From Eledone cirrhosa (taxonomy: Eukaryota): a DNA stretch of 64,000 bases. The stretch spans positions 224,626,001 to 224,690,000 of the forward strand of contig OZ024741.1 of the NCBI GenBank assembly GCA_964016885.1, read 5' to 3'. Below the pieces are notes generated by a model. It saw only the letters and a list, made by a program, of their open reading frames with translations, did not search any database and was not told where the DNA came from. How positions within the stretch are numbered: the first letter of the stretch is position 1; each line of letters begins with the position of its first letter. A program made the translations under genes and the position numbers. Positions 52,736 to 64,000 of this stretch are shown here, piece by piece.

Positions 52736-53270
52736 TCATAAAGCTCTCCCTTCTCTATCTTGTATCTGCACATGTGTATATATGCAGTTATTACACATGT
52801 ACAGATACAACACGCAGAATGTTTGGAATGTTTTATATAATTTTACAGTTTTATTAATGGATTGTACTTGTAACTTTGTAACTAGTCGTATCCTTTCTGG
52901 TTCAGTGAAGCCCAGCTTCTCAAGATTTGTACTGAGGCAGTTACTAACATATTCCAGTGCCCCAATAATCACAGGCATAAATCTGAAGGTTTAGTCAGGG
53001 TGGAGTATCTGCAGATTCTTCATTAGTTCTGCATAGATTTTCTCTTTTTCTCTAATCTTTAATACAATATTAGCATCTACCGGGAAGCTGACTTTCACTG
53101 CTGTGCATGCCTTCTTTTCCCTGTCCCATATCATTATATCTGGTCTACTATGCTTGCAATTTATTGGGCTTTTGACTGGAACATTCCACCAATACTCTTT
53201 CATATTATGTATGTATATGTCCTCCACAGAAGTAATTTTTAAAAATTTAAGCCTGGTCGGCAAATGAGTT
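52736..53270 (-). mobile_element. Older RLE-type LINE 3' fragment
   Basis: KHSRPDIMIWD...VKVSFPVD...EKEKIY...PVIIGAL. Homologous to but diverged from the 49-50 kb copies, with one in-frame stop. Confidence 0.8.
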
Positions 53271-53589
53271 TCATCAGCTCATAAACATAAGCAGAAATCT
53301 ATAAGATTCAAGCTTACATTAGTTTAGCCTCAACAACAACAGGGAGATATGTAGACTCGATAAAAACCAATAACCGAGAAACGATTGCATCGTCGATTAC
53401 TGCCTCCTGTTTTTGCTGAGGCTGAGTGTGTGGCGTTGCGCACAGCCTTAAAAATTCATAGCAAAAGGCCTGCAAATGTTTTTCATAAACATCCCATATA
53501 TTATTCCATACGTACATTCATATGTATATCGCTATGTTGGAGCACCAATATAAATAATAATACAAGAAGAAAAAAGAGGTCCAAGTTAT

Positions 53590-53975
53590 CTATATTTCAA
53601 TCGCAGGGGATAGTAGAGTGAAGGTTAAAGAACATGTAAAGACGGAGAAGTATGAACCACTGAAAGAAGAGGTCGGAAAGTTGTGGGAGATGAAGGTTTT
53701 AGTGATTCCAGTGGTGATTGGAGAACTGGGATGCATATCAGACAGTTTTGAAGACTGTGTAAATAGAATCAGAGTTGATGCAAGGTTACATGTCATGCAG
53801 AAGACAGCACTTCTTGGCACAACAAGGATTTTAAGGAAAGTCTTGTCTATGTAAGGCACAGGAGATGATGCAGTGAGGGACCTTTGTCAACTTGTTGACT
53901 GCCTCCTAACTAAAATACCCAGATCGTTTCACATATAAGTGTCTGAGATTTATAAAAACAATCCATAGTAATAAT
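53590..53975 (+). mobile_element. R4/Dong-like LINE 3' fragment
   Basis: KTEKYEPLKEEVGKLW..KVLVIPVVIGELG...MQKTALLGTTRILRKVL, the typical R4/Dong C-terminus. Short (TAA)n downstream. Confidence 0.8.
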
Positions 53976-54344
53976 AATAAAAATTGTTTCTACTATAGGC
54001 ACAAGGCAGAGTAATGTGGGGGGGGGGGGGGGGGAGGGGAAAGTCGATTAATTCGACTCCAGTATGTTACTGGTACTTTATTTTATCGATCCCTTAAGGA
54101 TGAAAGACAAAGCTAACCTCGGCAGGATTTGAACTTAGAAAGGAAAGACTCGGAACACGTACTCATTTATTTGACACCCTCCCACCATACTAATTCTGTC
54201 ACCCAATATCCTCCTAAAAAAATTAGTAATCATTCCCCAAATAGTTAGAGGTGGTCACATGACGTGGGTCGCGTGTAGTCGCTTATATCGAACAAAAACA
54301 TGACTGCTATTTATTTTACGGACCACAAAATGAATTAAAGGCAA

Positions 54345-57300
54345 AGGTGGGGTTGTGGCGGAGGTGGTGGTGCTGGTGATGGTATTGGTAGCGGTGGTGG
54401 TGGTGGTGGTGGTGGTGGTGATAGTGGTGGTATGGTTGCTGTTGCAGCTGCAGATGCAGATGGTGATGATGGTGGCAATGTGAGTGTTGGAGTTGATGGT
54501 GGTGGGAGCGGTAGAGGTGGTGGTAGTAGTGTTGGTAGAGGTGCTGGTAGTAGTGGTGGTAGTAGTGGTGGTAGTTGTTGTGGTGGTGGTAGTGGTAGAG
54601 GTGGTGGTAGTAGTGTTGGTAGAGGTGCTGGTAGTAGTGGTGGTAGTAGTGGTGGTAGTTGTTGTGGTGGTGGTAGTGGTAGAGGTGGTGGTAGTAGTGT
54701 TGGTAGAGGTGCTGGTAGTAGTGGTGGTAGTAGTGGTGGTAGTTGTGGTGGTGGTGGTAGTGGTGGTAGTGGTAGAGGTGGTGGTAGTAGTGTTGGTAGA
54801 GGTGCTGGTAGTAGTGGTGGTAGTAGTGGTGGTAGTTGTGGTGGTGGTGGTAGTGGTAGAGGTGGTGGTAGTAGTAGTAGGTGGTAGTAGTGGTGGTAGT
54901 AGTGGTGGTAGTTGTGGTGGTGGTGGTAGTGGTAGAGGTGGTGGTAGTAGTAGTGGTAGTAGTAGTGGTGGTAGTAGTGGTGGTAGTTGTGGTGGAGGTG
55001 GTAGTAGTTGTGGTAGTGGTAGAGGTGGTGGTGGTAGTAGTAGTGGTGGTAGTAGTGGTGGTAGTTGTGGTGGTGGTGGTAGTGGTAGAGGTGGTGGTAG
55101 TAGTAGTGGTGGTAGTAGTGGTGGTAGTTGTGGTGGTGGTGGTAGTGGTAGAGGTGGTGGTAGTAGTAGTGGTGGTAGTAGTGGTGGTAGTTGTGGTGGT
55201 GGTGGTAGTGGTAGAATTGGTGGTGGTAGTAGTAGTAGGTGGTAGTAGTGGTGGTAGTAGTTGTGGTAGTGGTAGAGGTGGTGGTAGTAGTAGTGGTGGT
55301 AGTAGTGGTGGTAGTTGTGGTGGTGGTGGTAGTGGTAGAGGTGGTGGTAGTAGTAGTGGTAGTGGAGGCGGTGGTGGTGAACAACAGCAATATTAAACCA
55401 AGGATGTCCAGGTGTCAATACCAGATCAGATGAGACCTCCCCCTCCTCCGCCTGCCACCCCCCTACTTCCACAACAGCTGGCCGAGACAGGAAATTGAGG
55501 TGACTTGTATTGTTACAGCATCAGGGAATGGTGTCAGTTGTGGTGGTGGTTGTGGTGGGGGTGGAGGGTGGGGGGGGGGGGGGGGGGGGGATGGTGGTTG
55601 TGGTGGGGGTGGAGGGGGGGGGGGGGGGATGGTGGTTGTGGTGGGGGTGGAGGGGGGGGGGGGATGGTGGTTGTAGTGGTGGGGATGGTGGTGACAGCGG
55701 TGTCGGTGGTGGTGGTGGTGGTGGGGATGGTGGTGATAGTGGTGTTGGTGGTGGGGATGGTGGTGGTGGTGATGATGGTGACAGTGGTGTCGGTGGTTCT
55801 GGTGGTGGTGGGGATGGTGGTGACAGTGGTGGTGGGGATGGTGGTGACAGTGGTGGTGGGGATGGTGGTGACAGTGGTGTCGGTGGTTGTGGTGGTGGGG
55901 ATGGTGGTGACAGTGGTGTCGGTGGTTGTGGTGGTGGGGATGGTGGTGACAGTGGTGGTGGGGATGGTGGTGGTTGTGTTGTCGGTGGTTGTGGTGGTGG
56001 GAATGGTGGTGACAGTGGTGGTGGGGATGGTGGTGGTTGTGTTGTCGGTGGTTGTGGTGGTGGGGATGGTGGTGACAGTGGTGGTGGGGATGGTGGTGGT
56101 TGTGGTGTCGGTGGTTGTGGTGGTGGGAATGGTGGTGACAGTGGTGGTGGGGATGGTGGTGACAGTGGTGTCGGTGGTTGTGGTGGTGGGGATGGTGGTG
56201 ACAGTGGTGGTGGGGATGGTGGTGACAGTGGTGGTGGGGATGGTGGTGGTTGTGGTGTCGGTGGTTGTGGTGGTGGGAATGGTGGTGACAGTGGTGGTGG
56301 GGATGGTGGTGACAGTGGTGTCGGTGGTTGTGGTGGTGGGGATGGTGGTGACAGTGGTGGTGGGGATGGTGGTGACAGTGGTGTCGGTGGTTGTGGTGGG
56401 GTGGGGATGGTGATGGTGATGGTTGTGATGTGGTGATGGTGATGGTTGTGTTGTGGTGATGGTGATGGTTGTGTTGTAGTGATGGTGATGGTTGTGATGT
56501 GGTGTTGGTGATGGTTGTGTTGTGGTGATGGTGATGGTTGGGTTGTAGTGATGGTGATTGTTGTGATGTGGTGTTGGTGATGGTGATGGTTGTGTTGTAG
56601 TGATGGTGATGGTTGTGTTGTAGTGATGGTGATGGTTGTGATGTGGTGATGGTGATGGTTGTGTTGTGGTGATGGTGATGGTTGTGTTGTAGTGATGGTG
56701 ATGGTTGTGTTGTAGTGATGGTGATGGTTGTGATGTGGTGATGGTGATTGTTGTGTTGTAGTGATGGTGATTGTTGTGATGTGGTGTTGGTGATGGTAAT
56801 GGTTGTGTTGTAGTGATGGTGATGTTTGTGTTGTAGTGATGGTGATGGTTGTGATCTGGTGTCGGTGATGGTTGGGTTGTAGTGATGGTGATGGTTGTGA
56901 TGTGGTGTTGGTGATGGTTGGGTTGTATTGATGGTGATGGTTGTGATGTGGTGTTGGTGATGGTTGGGTTGTAGTGATAGTGACGGTTGTGATGTAGTGT
57001 TGGTGATGGTTGGGTTGTAGTGATGGTGATGGTTGTGATGTGGTGATGGTGATTGTTGGGTTGTAGTGATGGTGATTGTTGTGATGTGGTGTTGGTGATG
57101 GTAATGGTTGTGTTGTAGTGATGGTGATGGTTGTGTTGTAGTGATGGTGATGGTTGTGATCTGGTGTCGGTGATGGTTGGGTTGTAGTGATGGTGATGGT
57201 TGTGATGTGGTGTTGGTGATGGTTGGGTTGTATTGATGGTGATGGTTGTGATGTGGTGTTGGTGATGGTTGGGTTGTAGTGATAGTGACGGTTGTGATGT

Positions 57301-60300
57301 AGTGTTGGTGATGGTTGGGTTGTATTGATGGTGATGGTTGTGATGTGGTGTTGGTGATGGTTGGGTTGTAGTGATAGTGACGGTTGTGATGTAGTGTTGG
57401 TGATGGTTGGGTTGTAGTGATGGTGATGGTTGTGTTGTAGTGATGGTGATGGTTGTGATGTGGTGATGGTGATGGTTGTGATGTAGTGATGGGATTGTTG
57501 TGTTGTAGTGATGGTGATGGTTGTGATGTGTTGATGGTGATGGTAATTGTTGTGTTGTAGTGATGGTGATGGTTGTGATGTGGTGTTGGTGATGGTGATG
57601 GTTGTGTTGTAGTGATGGTGATGGTTGTGATGTGGTGATTGTGATGGTTGTGTTGTAGTGATGGTGATGGTTGTGATGTAGTGATGGGATTGTTGTGTTG
57701 TAGTGATGGTGATGGTTGTGATGTGTTGATGGTGATGGTAATTGTTGTGTTGTAGTGATGGTGATGGTTGTGATGTGGTGTTGGTGATGGTGATGGTTGT
57801 GTTGTAGTGATGGTGATGGTTGTGTTGTAGTGATGGTGATGGTCGTGATGTGGTGATGGTGATGGTTGTGTTGTGGTGATGGTGATGGTTGTGTTGTAGT
57901 GATGGTGATGGTTGTGTTGTAGTGATGGTGATGGTTGTGATGTGGTGATGGTGATTGTTGTGTTGTAGTGATGGTGATTGTTGTGATGTGGTGTTGGTGT
58001 TGGTAATGGTTGTGTTGTAGTGATGGTGATGGTTGTGTTGTAGTGATGGTGATGGTTGTGATGTGGTGATGGTGATGGTTGTGATGTAGTGATGGGATTG
58101 TTGTGTTGTAGTGATGGTGATGGTTGTGATGTGTTGATGGTGATGGTAATTGTTGTGTTGTAGTGATGGTGATGGTTGTGATGTGGTGTTGGTGATGGTG
58201 ATGGTTGTGTTGTAGTGATGGTGATGGTTGTGATGTGGTGATTGTGATGGTTGTGTTGTAGTGATGGTGATGGTTGTGATGTAGTGATGGGATTGTTGTG
58301 TTGTAGTGATGGTGATGGTTGTGATGTGTTGATGGTGATGGTAATTGTTGTGTTGTAGTGATGGTGATGGTTGTGATGTGGTGTTGGTGATGGTGATGGT
58401 TGTGTTGTAGTGATGGTGATGGTTGTGATGTGGTGATTGTGATGGTTGTGTTGTAGTGATGGTGATGGTTGTGATGTAGTGATGGGATTGTTGTGTTGTA
58501 GTGATGGTGATGGTTGTGATGTGTTGATGGTGATGGTAATTGTTGTGTTGTAGTGATGGTGATGGTTGTGATATGGTGATTGTGATGGTTGTGTTGTAGT
58601 GATGGTGATGGTTGTGATGTAGTGATGGGATTGTTGTGTTGTAGTGATGGTGATGGTTGTGATGTGGTGATGGTGATTGTTGTGTTGTAGTGATGGTGAT
58701 GGTTGTGATGTGGTGATGGTGATGGTTGTGATGTGGTGATGGTGATTGTTGTGTTGTGATGTTGGTGATGGTTGTGATGTGGTGATGATGATGGTTGTGT
58801 TGTGATGTTGGTGATGGTTGTGATGTGGTGATGGTGATGGTTGTGATGTGGTGATGGTGATGGTTGTGATGTGGTGAAGGTGATTGTTGTGTTGTAGTGA
58901 TGGTGATGGTTGTGATGTGGTGATGGTGATTGTTGTGTTGTGATGTTGGTGATGGTTGTGATGTGGTGATGGTGATGGTTGTGATATGGTGATGGTGATT
59001 GTTGTGTTGTAGTGATGGTGATGGTTGCGTTGTAGTGATGGTGATGGTTGTGATGTGGTGATGGTGATGGTTGTGATGTGATGTTAGTGATGGTTGTGTT
59101 GTAGTAGATGGTTGTGTTGTAGTGATGGTGATTGTTGTGTTGTAGTGATGGTAATGGTTGTGATGTGGTGATGGTGATTGTTGTGTTGTAGTGATGCTGA
59201 TGGTTGTGTAGTAGTGATGGTGATGCTTGTGATGTGGTGTTGGTGATTGTTGTGTTTTAGTGATGGTGATGGTTGTATAGTAGTGATGGTGATGCTTGTG
59301 ATGTGGTGTTGGTGATTGTTGTGTTTTAGTGATGGTGATGGTTGTGATGTGATGTTGGTGATGGTTGTGTTGTAGTGATGGTGATGGTTGTGATGTGGTG
59401 ATGGTGATTGTTGTGTTGTAGTGATGGTGATGGTTGTGATGTGGTGATAGTGATGGTTGTGTTGTAGTGATGGTGATGGTTGTGTTGTAGTGATGGTGAT
59501 GGTTGGGTTGTAGTGATGGTGATGGTTGTGATGTGGTGTTGGTGATGGTTGTGTTGTAGTGATGGTGATGGTTGTGATGTGGTGATGGTGATGGTTGTGT
59601 TGTAGTGATGGTGATGGTTGTGTTGTAGTGATGGTGAAGGTTGTGTTGTGGTGATGGTGATGGTTGTGTTGTAGTGATGGTGATGGTTGTGTTGTAGTGA
59701 TGGTGATGGTTGTGTTGTAGTGATGGTGATGTTTGTGATGAGGTGATGGTGATTGTTGTGTTGTAGTGATGGTTATGGTTGTGATGTGGTGATGGTGATT
59801 GTTGTGTTGTAGTGATGGTGATCGTTGTGATGTGGTGTTGGGTGATGCGGATTGTTGTGTTGTAGTGATGGTGATGGTTGTGTTGTAGTGATGGTGGATT
59901 GTTGTGATGTGGTGAAGTGCGTGATGTTGTGTTGTAGTTGAATGGTGATGGTTGTGATGTGCGTGTTGGTGATGCTGATTGTTGTGGTAGTAGTGATGCG
60001 TGATGGTTGTGATGTGGTGGATGGTGATTGTTGTTGTTTGTAATGATGATGTGGTGATGGTCATTGTTGTGTTGTAGTGATGGTGATGGTTGTGATGTCG
60101 TGTTGGTGATGGTGATGGTTGTGTTGTAGTGATGGTGATGGTTGTGTTGTAGTGATGGTGATGGTTGTGATCTGGTGTCGGTGATGGTTGGGTTGTAGTG
60201 ATGGTGATGGTTGTGATGTGGTGTTGGTGATGGTTGGGTTGTAGTGATAGTGACGGTTGTGATGTAGTGTTGGTGATGGTTGGGTTGTAGTGATGGTGAT

Positions 60301-61400
60301 GGTTGTGATGTGGTGATGGTGATGGTTGTGATGTCGTGTTGGTGATGGTGATGGTTGTGTTGTAGTGATGGTGATGGTTGTGTTGTAGTGATGGTGATGG
60401 TTGTGATGTGGTGATGGTGATGGTTGTGTTGTAGTGATGGTGATGGTTGTGTTGTAGTGATGGTGATGTTTGTGATGAGGTGATGGTGATTGTTGTGTTG
60501 TAGTGATGGTTATGGTTGTGATGTGGTGATGGTGATTGTTGTGTTGTAGTGATGGTGATGGTTTGATGTCGTGTTGGTGATGGTGATGGTTGTGTTGTAG
60601 TGATGGTGATGGTTGTGTTGTAGTGATGGTGATGGTTGTGATCTGGTGTCGGTGATGGTTGGGTTGTAGTGATGGTGATGGTTGTGATGTGGTGTTGGTG
60701 ATGGTTGGGTTGTAGTGATGGTGATGGTTGTGATCTGGTGTTGGTGATGGTTGGGTTGTATTGATGGTGATGGTTGTGATGTGGTGTTGGTGATGGTTGG
60801 GTTGTAGTGATAGTGATGGTTGTGATGTAGTGTTGGTGATGGTTGGGTTGTAGTGATGGTGATGGTTGTGATGTGGTGATGGTGATGGTTGGGTTGTAGT
60901 GATGGTGATGGCTGTGATCTGGTGTCTGTGATGGTTGGGTTGTAGTGATTGTGATGGTTGTGATGTGGTGATGGTGATGGTTGTGTTGTAGTGATGGTGA
61001 TAGTTGTAATGTGGTATTGGTGATGATGACGGTTGGGTTGTAGTGATGGTGATGGTTGTGATGCGGTGTTGGTGATGATTGTAGTGAGGGTGGTTGTTGT
61101 GATATAGTGATGGTGATGGTCGTGATGTGGTGTTGGTGATGGTTGTAGTGATGGTGGTGGTTGTGATGTGGTGTTGGTGATGGTTGTAGTGATGGTGATG
61201 GTTGTAGTGATGGTGATGTTTGTGATGTGGTGTTGGTGATGGTTGTAGTGGTGTTGGTGTCGTGGTTAGTTGTACTGGTGGTGATGGTGGTAATATGGTG
61301 TTGGCGATGGTTGTAGTGGTGGTGGTTATGGTGATGATGATGTGGTGTCGGCGATAGTTGTAACGGTGCTATTGTCGTGGTTGGTTATAGTGGTGGTGTG
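54345..61400. repeat. GT-rich low-complexity satellite block in three motif zones
   Basis: (GGT/AGT) at 54345-55380, GGGGATGGTGGTGACAGT at 55535-56410, and GTTGTAGTGATGGTGATGGTTGT-type units at 56410-61400. Confidence 0.93.
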
Positions 61401-61935
61401 GTGTTTGTGATGGTGGTTATAGTGGTATCTGGATCGAGTGTTATGGCAGAGGTAAATACAATCTTCCTGGACCTGGCTGGTATATCAGTGTTCCTGGATG
61501 TGATCAGCAAGGAGAAGGACGATCATAACCGTCAGACTAGTAACCATGAACACACCCTAGCAGGAGATGAGGGGGTGCATTTCATTAAACCCCTTGAGAA
61601 ATTCCTTAGAACATCTCATTCATTTGTGTTAGATATCATTTAGAATATCGTCTAGAATGCACACAGCGATTGTGAGTATAGCAGATAGGAATGGGTGTGT
61701 AGAAGCCTTGCAAGCCTGCCCAGGCAGTTCGAACGCAGCCGATTTATTTCAAAGAAGGAGGAAGTAATAGAGGGTAAATGATATAGAAGAAGAATCGACC
61801 CCGGTACTGGGCTCTCGACAGGATTTGAACTCGAACCGGAACGTATAACGCAAAACGCTCTAACGACTCCGCCAATTTACTGCCATTTACATTCCCTTAA
61901 AACATCCAAACAACTACAGCACACACACATACACG

Positions 61936-61991
<56 letters not shown>

Positions 61992-62569
61992 TTAAAAGGA
62001 CCTCTGTCAGTTTCGAGGATGAGTGTTCTAGTTGTTCAATGGAAAAGCTTACTCATTAAATTAGCACGCGTGTCTGAGCATTCCGTAGACATGTGTACTC
62101 TTAACATAATTCCGAAGGAAATTCAGCGCGACACCGTGTAAAATGTTGGCTCTTTGAATTTCACCAAAAAGGCTTAGGTCAACCTGAGGCTATGGTAAAT
62201 GACACTTGTCCAAGATGTCACGCAGATGAAACGAACCTGAATCCCGATAAACATAATTATCTCTTTATTGGCCACAAACATGAAGGACGATACAAAATCA
62301 GGGACTGTGGGAGGTGGGGGGTTGGTCACATTAAATCGAGTAAGTAAGATAACAACAAAATACATGACATAACCCTCACAAGTATGATAAATACATTCAT
62401 AAACCATGTAACGCTAACATCCCGCCCCCATCACCACTACGGTAGCCACTACCACCTGTAGCACCCCAACTAACACCACCACCACTGCCAGCAACAACTG
62501 CTGCGACAGCACGACGACGATAGCACTACCACAACCACCACCACCACCACCACTACACCACACACACAC

Positions 62570-62611
<42 letters not shown>

Positions 62612-63832
62612 TGTGTGTGTGTTTGTAGTGAAACCTAAACATATTTTTCCCACAAAAGTTTTCTTGTCCTCCCACACAAGACCGCCAAAAGACTGACCTG
62701 TGACCTCAGAGCCCAAAACCTAGACAATATTTTCTTGTAGAAGACTAATGGCACCAGAGTGTCCGAAAAGACGACAGGCTATCTGTTTAATGTTTCTGTG
62801 CGACTTAAATCTTATATATTCAAGAGATTTCGACTCCCAGGTAGATTCTACTTTTCAACTCGGCAAAATACAGCCTTCCCCCCGACTCTGCAATAGATAC
62901 CTTTGTTTGGCCAGCATAGCAATACAGACACACACACTCGCTAGCCAGCCAAGCAGGAATCGGCACAAGTTGAGTTTTCTAACAGGTTAGTAAAATATAC
63001 TATGTATTCTGCACTGTACGCATAACACACTGTAATCTATACTTGCATCTTTTCCCCGCTGTTCATTGCTGCACATGATTTCGAAGTAAATCATGTTACA
63101 AATAAAAAACATTAAAATTAGCAGTGTCTTGTCATTTGTTAATTCTTATCCTTGTGATATGAGAAAATCATTTTCCCAATGGTAATATCACTTCACACCA
63201 CATGTGAGTACAACTATTTGTTTCCTCGAACATGGTAAAACCTCTCTCCACTTGCTGAGACATACTCACTTGCCATTACTTGACCAACAAGCTGCTCACT
63301 CATTCAACTACTTCGACAAACAAAAAAAAAACAAAAACAACCTTCTTAACCACGCTAAATATATACCATATTTGCTGGCGTATTTGACGCACTTGGAAAC
63401 AAACATATAAAAACCTTGCCTGCGTCCTATACGTCCGTATTACCGATGAGAGGTCGAACGGAGAGTGAGGACAATCGTGGTTTTAAAACTTCAGTTTGTA
63501 TTACTATAGTATTACTAATACCGTAATACAATACAATTTATATAAGAAAAATAATTTCGGAAAAACAATGAAATAGTTTTTAATAAATTTATGAAGAAAT
63601 GAACTAAAATTCTTTTTCTCAAAATGTCCTTGTAAAACCAGGGGCCGTCCATTTGTATAAGATTTGGGTTTAACAAGAACATTTTTGAGAAAAAAGAATT
63701 GTAGTACATTTCTTCACAAATTTATTTAAAATTATTTCGTATATATATATATATATACATATACATATCTCTATATATACATATACACATATATATATAC
63801 AGACATATGTATATATATATATATATATACAC

Positions 63833-63879
<47 letters not shown>

Positions 63880-63958
63880 CAGACATATGCATATATATAT
63901 ATGTATATGTCTGTGTGGGTGTACATATATATACATATATATATACACACAGACACAC

Positions 63959-64000
<42 letters not shown>

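Noticed and set aside
54255-60064. Pro/Thr/His/Gly-rich ORFs resembling extensins or shell proteins
   Set aside because: Low-complexity satellite with no splice-supported unique coding sequence.
61430-61600. MVTSLTVMIVLLLADHIQEH on the minus strand as a signal peptide
   Set aside because: It ends in TGA after 20 codons with no suitable phase-1 donor.

Overview
Eukaryotic, repeat-rich genomic DNA. The SINE and LINE repertoire points to an octopod cephalopod, which is an inference. The only host gene I can support is a minus-strand, multi-exon EVA-1/EVA1C-like gene. Six exons at 34689-34472, 26112-25983, 23795-23646, 21915-21772, 17142-16645 and 5588-5409 splice in frame through GT-AG introns and encode two SUEL lectin domains and a Thr-rich stalk. 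The signal-peptide exon was not found, and the transmembrane exon probably lies left of the window. Introns and upstream DNA are packed with mobile elements: RTE, CR1 and R4/Dong-type LINEs, tRNA-derived SINEs, a Ty3/Gypsy fragment, a Helitron, a hAT relic, mini- and microsatellites. The most notable signal is invisible in the ORF track. By eye I find 12 type-I hammerhead ribozyme motifs with an intact core, plus about 7 variant or decayed ones, from several unrelated sequence families. They sit next to (TA)n tracts, often inside long inverted repeats, which fits Penelope-like element (PLE) pseudo-LTRs or retrozymes. One group has a 95-115 nt helix II, and one motif forms the apex loop of a ~240-bp hairpin. 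Other highlights are a Gypsy LTR with a Tf1-like self-priming signature, a tandem array of duplicated splice acceptors in front of a host exon, and a bipartite non-autonomous RTE element. Coordinates were read by hand, so TE boundaries are approximate.
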